A stretch of DNA of 51,377 nucleotides from NCBI GenBank assembly GCA_964633575.1, contig CAZWGY010000002.1:1-51377 (forward strand), written 5' to 3'. How positions within the stretch are numbered: the stretch's first letter is position 1; the number at the start of each line of letters is the position of its first letter. The stretch comes from an uncultured Desulfobacteraceae bacterium (GTDB lineage: Bacteria > Desulfobacterota > Desulfobacteria > Desulfobacterales > JAABSP01). The position numbers and the translations under genes were made by a program. Shown here in pieces: positions 35,368 through 49,200 of this stretch. Under the pieces are notes generated by a model, which had not been told where the DNA came from, did not search any database, and was given only the letters and a program-made list of their open reading frames with translations.

Positions 35368-35384
35368 GATAAACAGGGTTTATC
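35368..35384. promoter_or_regulatory. Palindrome GATAAAC-AGG-GTTTATC (candidate operator)
   Basis: Perfect 7-bp inverted repeat with a 3-nt spacer, in the AT-rich region upstream of the TolC-like gene. Confidence 0.3.
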
Positions 35385-35547
35385 GACAACGAGACGAGGC
35401 GCCATGGCGTGGTTGCCGGAAAATGCTTTAATTGACTGATATGATTTGGCGCATAGAGGCATATCGCCACGAGGTGAATAGCATTCAGCGGCTAATGGAA
35501 TGGATATTGCATAAATCAGCCTCAACTTCGACGTATGCACATCCAAT

Positions 35548-37101
35548 ATGAGGGGTGGGGGCGGATATGACGTGTATAACCGGATTTTCATTCTGATGAC
35601 GGCGACGGTAATCAGCCTGATGATCGGGAGCGGGTGTACCACCCGTTATACCGTTGACCTGGCGGCGGATCGTGAGATCAACGCGGCCGATGACCTGGAA
35701 CTCCTCAAGCCCCAGGAGTCGGTGACCGTGCCCGAGCCGTTGACCCTGGAAGCGGCCGTTCGGTTCAGCTTCGAGCACAACCTCGAAATGCGGATCAACC
35801 GGATCATGGCCCGGATCGATGACGACAAGGCCCTGGCCAAGAACCTCGAAATGCTTCCCGATTTCACCTTGCAGGCGGCGATAGAGGACAAAAGCGATTA
35901 CCTCCGGGCCTCGATCTCCGAGGAGCGCACTCAGAAGACCGCCGACCTCACCCTTGCCTGGAACCTCCTCGATTTCGGGATTTCCTATATTCGGGCCCGG
36001 CAGGCCGCGCTTCAGAACGAAGTCCGGCGGATGGAGCGGCTCCGACAGGCCCAGACCCTCGCGCTCGACATCGCCGGCACCTTTTTTAAGGCGGCCATGG
36101 CCGAGCGGGATCTCGAACGGGTCCGAACCGTCGAGGAGCAGATGCGCCGCTACCTCGAGAAGGCCTCCGAGATGGTCGCCCAGAACCGCCTCGACCCCAT
36201 CGTGGCCAAGGACATCGAAAAGAAGCTCACCGAGATGGCCATCACCGTCGGAACCCTCCAGGCCGATCTTTCCGGAGCCAAATACGAGCTTGCCAAGCTG
36301 ATGGGCCTGCCCGCCGGGACCGACCTCGTTCTGGCCGACGGCCGGGCCGAAAACTGGATCGAAGATCTCCCCGAGCTGGACGCCCTCGACCCGATGGCCC
36401 TCGAACGGATCTCCCTCCACAACCGCCCGGAGTTCTTTGCCGCCGATCTCAACAGCCGGATTCAGCATGACGAGGCCCGTGCCGCACTTGTCCAGATGTT
36501 CCCGAGCATCCGGTTCGACCTGGCCGGCCATTACAACGGCAACGATTCCTATGTCACCAACGAATGGGCCACCGTCGGCGCCGGGCTCATGTACAATTTC
36601 CTGGCCCTGCCCGCCCGGTACATGGAATGGAACGCCCAGGTGAAGGCCGAAACCAAGGTCCGGCTCGAACGGCTGCTCCTCACCGGGAGCGTCATCGCCC
36701 AGACCCACCTGGCCCTTCATGAATACACCGTTAAAACCCGTCATTTCAAACTCAATGACGAGGCATTCCGGGTTTCCGCGGAGCTGCTCGACATGACCGC
36801 CGAGCGCCACGCCCTCGGAACCCTGTCCGATACGGAGATAACCGAGCGGATGCAGGAGCATATCGTCACCACGCTCAAGCGGAACCAGAGCCTGATCGAC
36901 CTGATCCATGCCTACCACACGCTCCTGGTCACCCTCGGACTCGATTATTATCGGTGGGAGACGCCCCTGGCCGATCAGGACCCGGACGCGGCTCCCATGG
37001 ACATCGGCACCCGGAATATCATGGTGCCGGACGGCGTTGTCATCCGGCCCGCTCAAACAGAGCCCGCGGCACCGCTCCCGGCGGCGGCCGCCGCACGGTA
37101 G
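35548..37101 (+). CDS. TolC-like outer-membrane efflux/secretion factor (OEP family), possible lipoprotein
   Basis: ORF track, 517 aa. The N-terminal hydrophobic segment ends in IGSGC (weak lipobox). LTLEAAVRFSFEHNLEMR is a typical OEP opening. Two long alpha-helical/coiled repeats carry L..A...L..A patterns. The start is uncertain (ATG 35548, GTG 35572 or ATG 35596). Confidence 0.8.
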   Translation: MRGGGGYDVYNRIFILMTATVISLMIGSGCTTRYTVDLAADREINAADDLELLKPQESVTVPEPLTLEAAVRFSFEHNLEMRINRIMARIDDDKALAKNLEMLPDFTLQAAIEDKSDYLRASISEERTQKTADLTLAWNLLDFGISYIRARQAALQNEVRRMERLRQAQTLALDIAGTFFKAAMAERDLERVRTVEEQMRRYLEKASEMVAQNRLDPIVAKDIEKKLTEMAITVGTLQADLSGAKYELAKLMGLPAGTDLVLADGRAENWIEDLPELDALDPMALERISLHNRPEFFAADLNSRIQHDEARAALVQMFPSIRFDLAGHYNGNDSYVTNEWATVGAGLMYNFLALPARYMEWNAQVKAETKVRLERLLLTGSVIAQTHLALHEYTVKTRHFKLNDEAFRVSAELLDMTAERHALGTLSDTEITERMQEHIVTTLKRNQSLIDLIHAYHTLLVTLGLDYYRWETPLADQDPDAAPMDIGTRNIMVPDGVVIRPAQTEPAAPLPAAAAAR

Positions 37102-37184
37102 AACCGGACGAAAAACAGGGGGGAGTCATGTAACTCTTAAAAAGGTGAACGGCGGGATTCACGACCGAAACGAAAAGGAAGCGT

Positions 37185-37190
37185 TATAAT
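37185..37190 (+). promoter_or_regulatory. Perfect TATAAT -10 box 80 nt upstream of the giant gene (no good -35)
   Basis: TATAAT at 37185-37190 lies in the AT-rich 169-bp gap. The best -35-like hexamer, TTCACG, is 21 nt away, which is too far. AAGGAGG (37258-37264) precedes ATG 37271. Confidence 0.25.
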
Positions 37191-37270
37191 CAATTGGATA
37201 TTCAATTTTATGAGATTTAGACAATATTTCCGGTTTCAATGTATTTCAGGACCTAATAAGGAGGCGACCC

Positions 37271-40200
37271 ATGGCAATGTTTAAAATCAGAAGGCTGGAA
37301 GACAGAATCGTTCTGGACGGTGCCGGTATGCTGGACCTGGTGGATGAGCTGGATGACCAGGATTTCACCGGTGCAATGGACGGCGCGGATGGCGACGCCC
37401 CCGATGACGCGGACGCCGGCGCGGATGATTCGGGGATTGACGGTACCGAGCCCCTGTTTCTGGCTGACGGCGAGGATGTCGGGGCGGACGAGGGGGTCCA
37501 TGTCCTGGTGATCTCTTCCGACTTGCAGCAGGCCGATGACCTGGCCGCGGCGGCCAAGGACGGCGTTATCGTTGTCGAGTACGACCCGGCCGAGACCGAC
37601 GTCGAGGGACTGGCCAACCTGATCCATGAGTCCCTGGGCGGCCAGGAAGCCGACAGCATTGCCTTTGCCACTCACAATGAGGGCGCCAGCCTGCCGCTGG
37701 CCGAAGGCGCGGTCACCAATCTGGATTCGTTGGAAACCGACACCGAGGTTCAGAGCTTCTGGAAGGCCGTGGGCGGTGAGCTCTCCGACGGAGGCCGGAT
37801 CGACCTGCTGGCCTGTAACGTCGTGGAAGACGAGAGCGGCGAGGCCTTCGTGGCCAAGCTCGAAGATATTTCCGGCGCCAACGTGGCCGCTTCCGTGGAC
37901 GCCACCGGAAACGAAGCCTACGGCGGGGACTGGGTCCTGGAAACCGATGACATTGACCTTCAGAAAACCTATTTCGACGCCGACGCGCTAGATGATGTCG
38001 AGGGGACGTTGGCCGTTCCCGTCCTGCAAAACCCCATGGATGATCGGACATACAATGTCGGCGCCGTAAACGAATCATTTAAAATTGTCGGGGCCGGGTT
38101 TCCCTCAACGGTTAATCATACCTTCTATGATTCTGACGCGGATACCCTGTTCTACTACGTCGGGTACTCGACGACCGCATCCTGGCTGACGTTTGACAGC
38201 CAGGGGACAACCACGGGGACATTCAATGTCGGCACCATCCCCACAGGTGATCTGGGAAAGACCATTACGGTCACGGTTGAAGCCTGGTCGCCGGACTGGA
38301 GTGGATATGCCCGGGACTATTTCGACGTCAGCGTGGTGGCGGATAACGCCATTTTGATCGATCCGGTGGGCGGCGACAACCAGACCGGTGAAGATGGAGA
38401 TACGGCGGAATTCAACGTCAGCCTCCAGAATAATCCGGGCGCTGAGGTGACGGTCACCCTGGGGACCAATGATGCCGGGGAAGGCACGGTGACCGCGGGA
38501 GGGACCCTGACGTTTTCATCGACCAACTATGGGACCCCTCAGACGGTAACCGTCACCGGCGTGGACGATAGCATAGTGGATGGCAACCAGAACTACCAGT
38601 TGACGGCATCAGCATCTTCCAGCGGGTATTACAATGGTGCCACCGCCACCGAAAATGTGGTCAATGTGGACGACGACACATTTAGTGTGCTTATCGGTAC
38701 TACCGGCGACGAGCTGACGAGTGAGAATCTGGATACGGCGTCGTTTACCGTCAGCCTGGGAGCCCAGCCCACCGCTCAGGTTCAGGTTAACCTCTCTTCC
38801 AATGACGCCTCGGAAGGCAAGGTGATCTCCACCAAGCCCATCTATTTCTCAGCCGCCAACTGGGATGATCCCCAGACCGTGACGGTCCAGGGCGTAAACG
38901 ACGCTTCCCTGGACGGAGACGTCGTTTACAGGGTAGCGGCCCAGGCCTATGGTGGCGGGTATAACGGACAGATCGGTCGGGCTACCTTCACCAACATCGA
39001 TAATGATCAGGCCGGATTCGTGGTAACCCCGTCGGACATGGAGACCACTGAGGATGGGGGCCTTGGCAAATTCTATGTCCATCTGAAGGTCAAGCCGAAT
39101 ACGAGCATCACTGTGAATACTGCCTCGGATGACACGGGAGAGGGAGACGTCACCGGAGGTGGCACCCTAACATTTGACTCTAGCAACTGGGACCAGCCTC
39201 GGCTGGTCACCATCACCGGTCAGGATGACGCGGTGGTGGACGGAGATCAAACCTACACGGTGACCCTCCAGGGCACCGGCGGCGCTTATGATGGCTTAAC
39301 GAAGACCGCCCTGTTGACCAATGTCGATAACGACTCCGTGGGAATTGCCATTTCCGGGTCTGCTGACCTGGAAACCAGTGAAGCCGGCGGCACCGCGGAA
39401 TTTGATGTTGTTCTCCTGTCCCAGCCCACCGGATCGGAGAACGTGACCGTCTCCTTTACCTCATCGGATACGGGTGAAGGCCAGGAGCCTGCATCAGTCG
39501 AATTTACCTCGGCCAACTGGGACACCGCCCAGACCATCACCGTCACCGGTGCCGATGACGGACTGGTGGATGGGGACCAGCCGTTCACCATCACCGCCAC
39601 CGCCAACGGCGCCAATTACAGCGGGCAGAACGACTCCATCGGCATGACCAACGTCGATGACGACACTTTTGGGATTACGGTCACGCCGGGCACGGACACG
39701 GATACCGACGAGACGGGGGATACGGCGTCCTTTAGTGTGGTCCTGAAGGCTCAGCCCACGGCCGATGTTACCGTGACCCTGAATTCCAGCGACACTGAAG
39801 AAGGCACGGTCCCGGCGTCGATTACCTTCTCATCGACAAACTGGGACACCGCCCGGACCGTCACGGTCACCGGCGCGGATGACGATATCGTGGACGGCGA
39901 CCAGCCGTTCACCGTGACCGCTACCGCCAACAACGGCGGGTACAGCGGAGAGACCGGCACCGCGACCTTCACTAACGTCGATGACGACACCATCGCCATC
40001 AACATCACTCAGGCGGCCGATACCACCACCGACGAGGACGGTGACACGGCAACCTTTGACGTGGCGTTGAACAGCCAGCCCACCGCCCAGGTAACCATAG
40101 ATTTCAGCTCCAGCAAACCGGCCGAGGGAGATGTATCATCCGGTAGCTTGACCTTCACCACGGGCAATTGGGACACCCCGCAGACCGTGACGGTCACCGG

Positions 40201-43200
40201 CGAGGACGACCCTGTCATTGATGGGAGCCAGAAATATACCATCATCGCAACGGGATCGGGGGCGGAATACACGGGAGTGAACGCTACCGCGAACTTTACC
40301 AACCTTGATAACGACACTGCGGGGTTGATTTTTGACACGGCTGGACCTCTTGTTACCTCGGAAGATGGCGATACGGTGTCCTTTACGGTTCGTTTGGCCA
40401 CTCAGCCGACCTACGAGGTTACCGTCACCATGGCCTCTCAGAATACGGCCGAAGGCAAGGTCACCACGGGTGGCTCCCTGACTTTCACCACCGGCGACTG
40501 GGATGTTACCCAAACGGTCGTCGTGACCGGGCAGGATGACTCCCCCGCCGCCCTTGATGGTGATGTGGCCTACTTCGTGAAAGCCACGGCCAACTCCCTG
40601 GTTGATACGAGCTATCAATTCACTGACGGCCTTGATTTTACCAATTTAGACAACGACGGCCCGTCGATTTCGGTGAATACGGTGGTTTGGGACACCAGTG
40701 AAGACGGGGAAACCGGTTCGTTCACGGTGGTCCTCAACGCGGCGCCAACCGACACCGTCACCGTAACGGTGACCTCCCAGGACACCACCGAAGGAACGGT
40801 TGGAGCTTCAACACTATCTTTCACCACCGAGAACTGGAGCCAGGCCCAGACCGTTATCGTGACCGGTGTCGATGACATCCTCGTCGATCCGGATGTCACC
40901 TATACCGTGGAAGCGGTGGCCAACGGCGGCGGTTACAGTGGGCAGAGCGGGGCGGCGGAATTTACCAACGCCGATAACGATACCCCTCAGATCCTGGCCA
41001 ATCTGCTCAACAACGTCACCACCGAGGCCGGTGCGACCGCCGAAATCGAGGTGGTCTTGAGCAATCAGCCCACGGGTGAGGTTGAGGTCTCCGTGATTTC
41101 GGGTGATCCGCTGGAAGGCAGTCCATCGACTTCAACATTGACGTTCGACCCCTCCAATTTCAACTCTGCTCAATACGTCACCATAACCGGCCAAGATGAC
41201 CTGGTTGTCGATGGCGATACCACCTATCCCATCAACTTCACGGCAACCGGTGGCGGCTATGACGGTGCTTCGCTGGAAACCATCGGGGCCTACGGCGGCG
41301 TTACCGACAGTGCCGTGTTGTTGAACGAGGACAATGACGAGCCGACCATCGTCGTCACCGTTACCGATCCAACATCCACGGAAGATGGCGGCACCGGGAC
41401 CATCCAGGCCAAGCTGGGGGCCAAGCCGACCGGGCCGGTCACGGTAACCGTCAGCATTGATGATACGACCGAGGGCACTAATCTGTCCGCTACGACGCTG
41501 ACGTTCACCGCGACGAACTGGAATCAGAATCAGCCGGTCACCGTCGAAGGAAAAGATGACACCATCCTGGACGGAGACGTCACCTACAGCGTCAGCTTTT
41601 CCGCGGCCGACAACGGCTATGATGGCATAACGGCTTCCGGAGTCCTGACCAATACCGACAATGACACCCCGAAGATTGGTTTTACTTTGGATGATACAAT
41701 TACTTCCGAAGATCTTGACACGGGTGGCTTTAGTATTGTCCTGAAAACCCAGCCAACCGGCGATGTCCTGCTCACCGCGAATGTGGACGACACGACGGAG
41801 GGCTTTGTATCATCGAGCCTCCCCATTACCTTCAGCTCCACCACCTGGGATCAGCCCCAGCTCGTGACGGTAACGGGCCAGGGTGACGGCGTCGGCGACG
41901 GCGATATTGCCTACAATGTCATCTACGAGCTGTCCGGGTCCGGCTATGACGGCATCACCGGCTCCGTGGGAATGACCAACATCGACGAAGATAACCCCGG
42001 CATTACCTTCGTGGCTCTGGATGCTGAAACCAGCGAGGCCGGCGATACGGGCAATTTCTGGGTCAAGCTGGATGCCATGCCAACGGACGATGTGGTCGTG
42101 ACCGTCTCATCCGATGAGCCGGGAGAAGGATCGGTGACCGGTGGCGCGGTTCTGACCTTCACCACGTCCAATTTCGACACCTATCAAACCGTCACGGTCG
42201 AAGGCGTCGATGATGACGTGGATGACGGAGACGTTACCTACACCATCACGGCGGTCCCCGCAGGAGGCGGATACCATGCGGGATTCTCCGAAAGCCAGAC
42301 CCTGACCAACGTCGATGATGACACGGCGGAAATCCTGGTCTCCCAGGGAGCCGATATCTCAACCGGAGAGGGCGGTGACCAGGCGACGTTTACGGTGAGC
42401 TTGGCCTCACAGCCAACCCAGGCGGTGGACGTGACGGTTACCTCCGATGATACCGGAGAGGGGTCGGTCACCACTGGCGGTGCGTTGCGGTTTTCCATTT
42501 CCAACTGGAGCGCGCCACAGACGGTAGTCGTTACGGGGCAGGAAGATACCGTCATCGATGGGGATGCAACCTATTCCGTCTCCGTTGAAGCCACTGCCGG
42601 AGATCCGAATTACGTCGGCCTGACCGGAGAGGCAACACTGACTAACGTCGACAATGATGTGCCTTCCCTGGTGGTCACCACCACTGACAATTTGACCCGT
42701 GAGGATGGGGAGACGGGAGAGGTCGAAGTCAAACTCGGAGCTCAGCCCATCGGTCAGGTTACGGTAACGATCTCAAGTGATGACACCTCAGAGGGATTGG
42801 TAACCGCCGGCGGGTCGCTGACATTCGAATCCACTAACTGGAACGTCGGCCAGACGGCGACTATTACCGGCCAGGATGACAATATGGTCGACGGTGATAT
42901 CACTTACACCGTTACGTTCGAGGCGTCCGGGAGCGGCTATGCTAATGTGACGGCCTCCGAAACGCTGACCAACGTTGATAGCGGCGAGGCCGTGGGATTC
43001 ATTACCTCGGCGGGCGATTTCAGCACCGGCGAGGATGGGGCCACGGGCGGATTTGATATCAAGCTGAGCTCCCAGCCAACCGGCACGGGGACGGTGACCC
43101 TGACCGTCAGCTCCGGCGATTCGGGCGAAGGGTCGGTCACCGCCGGCTCAACCCTGTCGTTCTCGTCGACCAACTGGGATGTGACTCAGCATGTCACCGT

Positions 43201-46200
43201 TACCGGCCAGGATGATCCAAGCCTGGATGGGAATCAGACCTATGAGATTTCCGTCACCGCATCCGGAGCCGATTATGACGGAGAGACATGGACCACCGTG
43301 ATGACCAACGCGGACGATGACGTTGCCGAGCTGGCGGTTACGCGGACGGACGGGATAACCGACGAGGACGGCGATACCGGCGCCATTGATGTGGCCCTGA
43401 AAGCCCAGCCGACGGGCAATGTCTATGTCTCCCTGAGCTCGGATACCCCGACCGAAGGCTCCGTCGCCGGTACCGGCATTCTTACTTTTAGCACTGGGAA
43501 CTGGAGCGTTCCGCAGACCGCCACGGTAAACGGCGTCGATGACGATGCGCTGGACGGGGACGCGACCTACACGGTGACGTTGACGCCTTCCAGTGGCGGG
43601 TATGGTTCCGCCCCCACCGAAGGCGTCGTGATGACCAACGAGGACACCGACCAGCCATCCCTCGTTGTGGTCGGCGTCGATACCGACACCGATGAGGACA
43701 ACGACACCGGTGAGATTCAGGTATCCCTCGCGGTCGAGCCGACCGGTGCGGTTACGGTGACGGCCGACATTACGGATACCACGGAAGGCTCCGTGAATGC
43801 GCCGGTTACCCTCTCATTCAGCCCCACGAACTGGGACGAGACCCAGGCCATTACGGTGGAGGGAGTTGATGATACTGCTCTGGACGGCGATGTCACCTAT
43901 GATGTGAGCTTCACCGCCGCCGGCGGCGGATATGATACGGCAACGGCTACCCAGATCATGACCAACGCGGACAATGATTCGCCGCAACTGGTCATCGACG
44001 GCGTAACCGATTACACAACATTGAGCTATACAACCAGTGAGACCGGCGACACGGACGGGTTCGATATCGAGCTGAACGTCCAGCCGACCGCGCAGGTCAC
44101 CGTAACCGTCGGGACGAGCGATAGCTCCGAGGGCCTGATTTCCAGTGCGGAGACCTTCAAATTCAGTACCACCAACTGGAATGTCGCCCAGACCGCGAAG
44201 GTACTCGGAGCAGACGATAACGCCGTTGATGGGGATGTTCCCTACGATATAACCGTTACGGCTGCCGGCGGCGGTTTTGGCGGGAGCAGCGCGGTCCTTG
44301 ACTTCACCAATACCGACGATGATGAGGGAAGCGTAATCCTGACGGACATCTCCCCCGTGGATCGGCTGACCGGAGAGGATGGCGACACCGCGGCATTCGA
44401 GGTCACCCTGGCGGCACAGCCCGTGGGCGGCGATGTCACGGTAACCCTGGCGTCCGACGACACGGGAGAAGGAACCGTGGACCCGGCTTCCCAGACATTG
44501 ACCTTTACGTCGTCCAACTGGAATCAACCCCAGGTGGTAACCGTGAACGGGGTTGATGATCAGGTCGATGACGGGGATCAAGCCTACAATGTGACCGCGA
44601 CGGCCAACGGCGGCGGATACGTCGATGAATCCGCGAGCATCACCCTGGACAACGTCGATGACGATGAGGCCGGCTATGTGGTCACGCGCTTTGATGAACT
44701 GACCGGTGAAGACGGAGATACCGGCGGGTTCCAGTTGTGGCTGAAGACGGAGCCGACGGCAGGCCTTAGCGTTAATATTTCGGTGATTGGAGATGAGGGA
44801 ACAACGGTTGTCTCCTATGACAGCTTAGCCTTTTCACCTTTGAATTGGTCGGACCCTCAGACGGTCATAATCGAAGGTGTAGACGACGATCTCGTCGATG
44901 GGGATCAAACCTATACGGTGTCCTTGACTGGCTACCAGGCAGGCGGTCTCACAAAATATGATGGTCTTACTGACGGTGTTACACTCACCAATGAAGACGA
45001 CGACAGCTACGGCGTCACCGTCATCCAGGGGACTGACCCGGCGGACGTCACCACGACTGAAGACGGCGGCGACAACAACATTAGGATACACCTAAATGCG
45101 GAGCCCACGGGCACGGTCCAGGTCTCGGTGACCGTCGATGATACCACCGAGGGACTGATTGGCTCAACCACGGGCGACCAGGAGATTACCATTGACTTCG
45201 ATTCCAGCAATTGGAGTCAAGCTCAGACGGTTACCATTTATGGCCAGGACGATGCCGCGGTTGACGGCGATGTCACCTACACCGTGTCCGTTGTGGCCAA
45301 TGGCGGCGGCTACACCGGCGAGACCGGCATGGCAACGCTGACCAACGTGGACAATGATGAATATGGCATGACCGTCATTACCGCCGGCATGGATTTGGTG
45401 ACCGGTGAGGATGGCGATACCGGATCATTCAAAGTGGTCCTCGACGCCAAGCCGACCGGAGATGTCACGGTTTCCTTTACATCATCGGACACCGAAGAGG
45501 GCGTGGCACCGGCCGACATCACATTCAGCACGACTAACTGGAATGTTGCTCGAACGGTAACGGTCGTCGGCGGCGATGATGATGTGGCGGATGGAAGCGC
45601 GACATTCTCCATCACGGCAACGGCCAACGGCGGCGGCTACACCGGAATTGAAACCGGTGTCGTCACAATGGACAATCTGGACGACGACGCGCCCGGGATT
45701 GTCACGTCGCTGCTGGATGCAACCACTGACGAGGACGGGGCCACGGGCGCCTTCCAGGTGGCATTGAAGTCCCAGCCCACGGCAACCGTCTCCGTGCTGG
45801 TCAGCTCCGATACCCCGACTGAAGGCCAGGTTACCGACGGGGCGTCGCTCAGCTTCGGCACGGCCAACTGGAGCGCACCCCAGACGGTCACCGTGACCGG
45901 ACAGCCGGACGACGTATTGGACGGCGATGTGACCTACAAGGTGACGGCGGAAGCTCAAGCCGGTGGGGGATATGATACAACTCACCAAGCCGTGATGATC
46001 ATGACCAACGTCGACACCGATGAGCCAAGCCTGGTGGTGAATGTCGTGGATGGCACCTCGGGTGAGGACGGCGATACGGCCGAGGTCGAGGTCAGCCTGG
46101 GTATCCAGCCGGCGGGGGCCGTTACCGTAACGGCGGATATCGTTGACACCACTGAAGGAGCCATCACCGGATCTGCAACCCTCAATTTTGACAGTGGAAA

Positions 46201-49200
46201 CTGGAGCCAGCCGCAGTCGTTTGTGATAGAAGGTGTTGATGATGATTACGCCGACGGCGACACCACCTACACCATCGGGCTGAGCGCAACGGGCAGCGAC
46301 TTTGACGGAATCACCGATGAACGTACGCTGACCAACGCCGAGGACGGTGACTCTGTCGGTTTCTTCATTACCGAAACCGATACGAGTACCGGTGAGGATT
46401 TGGATACGGCTACTTTCGACATCCGCTTGGCGACCAAGCCGACGGAGGATGTGACGGTAACGCTGTCGTCATCGGATACAAGCGAGGGCAAGGTCACTTC
46501 AACCAAGACCCTGATTTTTACAACGGGGAATTGGACTGAAGTGCAATCGGTTACGGTAACCGGCCAGGACGATGATATCCTGGATGGAAGCCAGACATAC
46601 ACCATCAACATAAGCGCGGCCGGCGGTGACTATGACGGATACACCGACGGCGTTGACATGACCAATACCGATTATGATACTCCGGACATTGGCCTGACCG
46701 CCGTGGATAAACTGACCGGTGAAGATGGAGATACCGGGTCCGTCCAGGTGGTACTGAAAGCACAGCCGACCAGCACCACGTTTGTGAAGCTCACCTCGGA
46801 CGACACCGGGGAGGGCGCTAACCCGGGCACCATCGAATTTTCGACGGCCAACTGGTCACAAATCCAAACCGTGACAATCAACGGGGTGGATGACGACGTC
46901 GATGATGGAGATGCTACCTACAACATCACCGCCGAAGCCCAGGGCGGCGGATATACCGGTGAAAACAAGACGGTTGTCATGACAAACGTCGATGACGATA
47001 CCGCCGCTGTTTTCATGACGGCTACCGACGCCCTGACCGGAGAAGACGGTGCCACCGGCGCCGTGGATATCCGGCTGGGATCCGATCCGGGGACGAATAC
47101 CGTAACCATTTCCATCAGCTCATCGGATACCGAAGAAGGCACCGTGACGGGCGGCAACACGATTGATTTTACAAGCGCCAATTGGAGTACCATCCAGACG
47201 GTGGTCATTGACGGTGTCGATGACGATGTGGATGACGGAAATCAAACCTATACCATCACGGCGACGGCAGGTGCCAATTACGGAAACCTGACGGATACCG
47301 GTGATTTCACCAACGTTGATGATGACGAAGCCGGAATCAATATCGTCGTGAATACCAATACCGGAAATGTTACTGATGAAGATGGGGCTACAATCGAGCT
47401 CCTGGTGACTTTGAATTCAGAGCCCACGGCTAATGTAACCGTGACAGTGGCAAGCGATGATGCAACTGAAGGTAAGGCTGAAACTGGAACCAGTCCTGGT
47501 GACGATGAATTGACCTTCTCCCCTACGAATTGGAGTGACGGTCAAACCGTGCTAGTGACTGGTCAGAATGATGATCTCCTGGATGGCGATGTTACCTACT
47601 CGATTATCGCCACTGGCTCGGGATCGGCGGAATACGTCGGTGTCACGGCCTCCGCGGAAGCGACAAACCTGGACAATGACGTGGCTGCCATCTACATGAC
47701 GGCAACGACTGCAACAACCAATGAGGATGGCACAACCGGAGAGGTTCAAATCGCATTGAGTGCAAAGCCAAATGCGAATGTGACCGTGACTTTGGCTTCC
47801 AGCGACACCAGCGAAGGCGAGCCAAACCGGACCAGCCTGACCTTCAGCGCGTCTAACTGGAATGTTGCAAGAGCCGTACAGATCAATCCCGTTGACGACG
47901 ACGTGGTGGATGGGGACATTACCTATAACATCACGGCATCCGCAACCGGAGGCGGCTTCAACGGTGCCACCGGCAGCGCATTGATGACCAACGGGGATGA
48001 CGACACGGCTGCGCTAATCCTGATCACGGACCTTGACAACGTAACGGGTGAAGACGGAGATACCGGCGCCATCCAGATCCGGCTTGGGTCCGAGCCCACG
48101 AAGACGGTGAATGTGAGCATTGCTTCCGATGATACGTCAGAAGGCAGACCGGATAGCGGTAGCATTCAATTCACAACGGGCAACTGGGATGTCACACAAT
48201 TAGTGACCTTCACGGGAGTTGACGACTCACCGCCGGCCTTTGACGACGATCAAAGCTACAAGTACACCGTCACGGCTGCCAGCTTCGATCCTGTCTATGA
48301 CGGCCTTTGTGAGACCGGGATTATGACCAACGTCGATGACGACGAGCTGGAGCTGATCATCACCCCGACGGGCGATAGCGAAACCGGTGAGGATGGCGAT
48401 ACAGCGACGTTCAGCGTCAGACTGAACGGTCAGCCGACCGTAGCCCATCAAGTAACCGTTGGTTTTATTAATAATTATCCGGATGAAGGAACAGTAGCAA
48501 CCGGAACCACTTTGACGTTTGATTCGTCAAACTGGAGTGTCGGTCAGACGGTGGAAGTAACGGGAATTGACGATTCGGCGTTAGACGGTGATGTGACTTA
48601 CACGGTAACGGCCTCAGGAACGGCTACATGGGATGGCACACTAAATCCCACGGCAAATGCTGTGCTTACCAACGTAGACGATGATTTGCCAACGCTGATC
48701 ATTTCAGGGGCAGAAGACTTTTCAACGGGTGAAGATGGTGCGACGGGCGGCTTTACTATCAAACTCGCAAGCGAACCGACCGCCCCAGTACAAGTGACCA
48801 TTGCCTCACAAGATACCAGTGAGGGTAAGGTTACCATTGCGACGCAAACCCTTAACTTTCCTGTGGCTGATTGGGATGTAACACAGGCCGTGGTGATAAA
48901 TGGCCAGGATGACCAGGCGCTTGACGGCAATCAAACGTATTCTCTGTTGATTACCGCCACCGGCGATGGTTACGCGGGTGTTACCCAAGAAGTTGTGATG
49001 ACTAACGTAGACGATGATTCCGCGGAGATCGTGATCACCATGATCGATTCAACCACCTCCGAGGCGGGGGATACGGGAGCGTTTACAGTGGCCCTGTCAA
49101 GCCAGCCCACGGCAACCGTGGAGGTGACGGTGGCATCGGAAGATACTGCTGAAGGCTCAGTGACCGCGGGATCAACGCTGTATTTCAGCACCGCCAACTG

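Noticed and set aside
35485-37056. 523-aa minus-strand ORF opposite the TolC-like gene. Similar cases are 7210..8307 and 8723..9586 opposite the liv genes, and 480..1232 (plus strand) opposite the vWA-like gene.
   Set aside because: The opposite-strand frames carry clear family motifs (OEP, LivK/H/M). These ORFs translate to G/V/P/D/E-rich low-complexity sequence.
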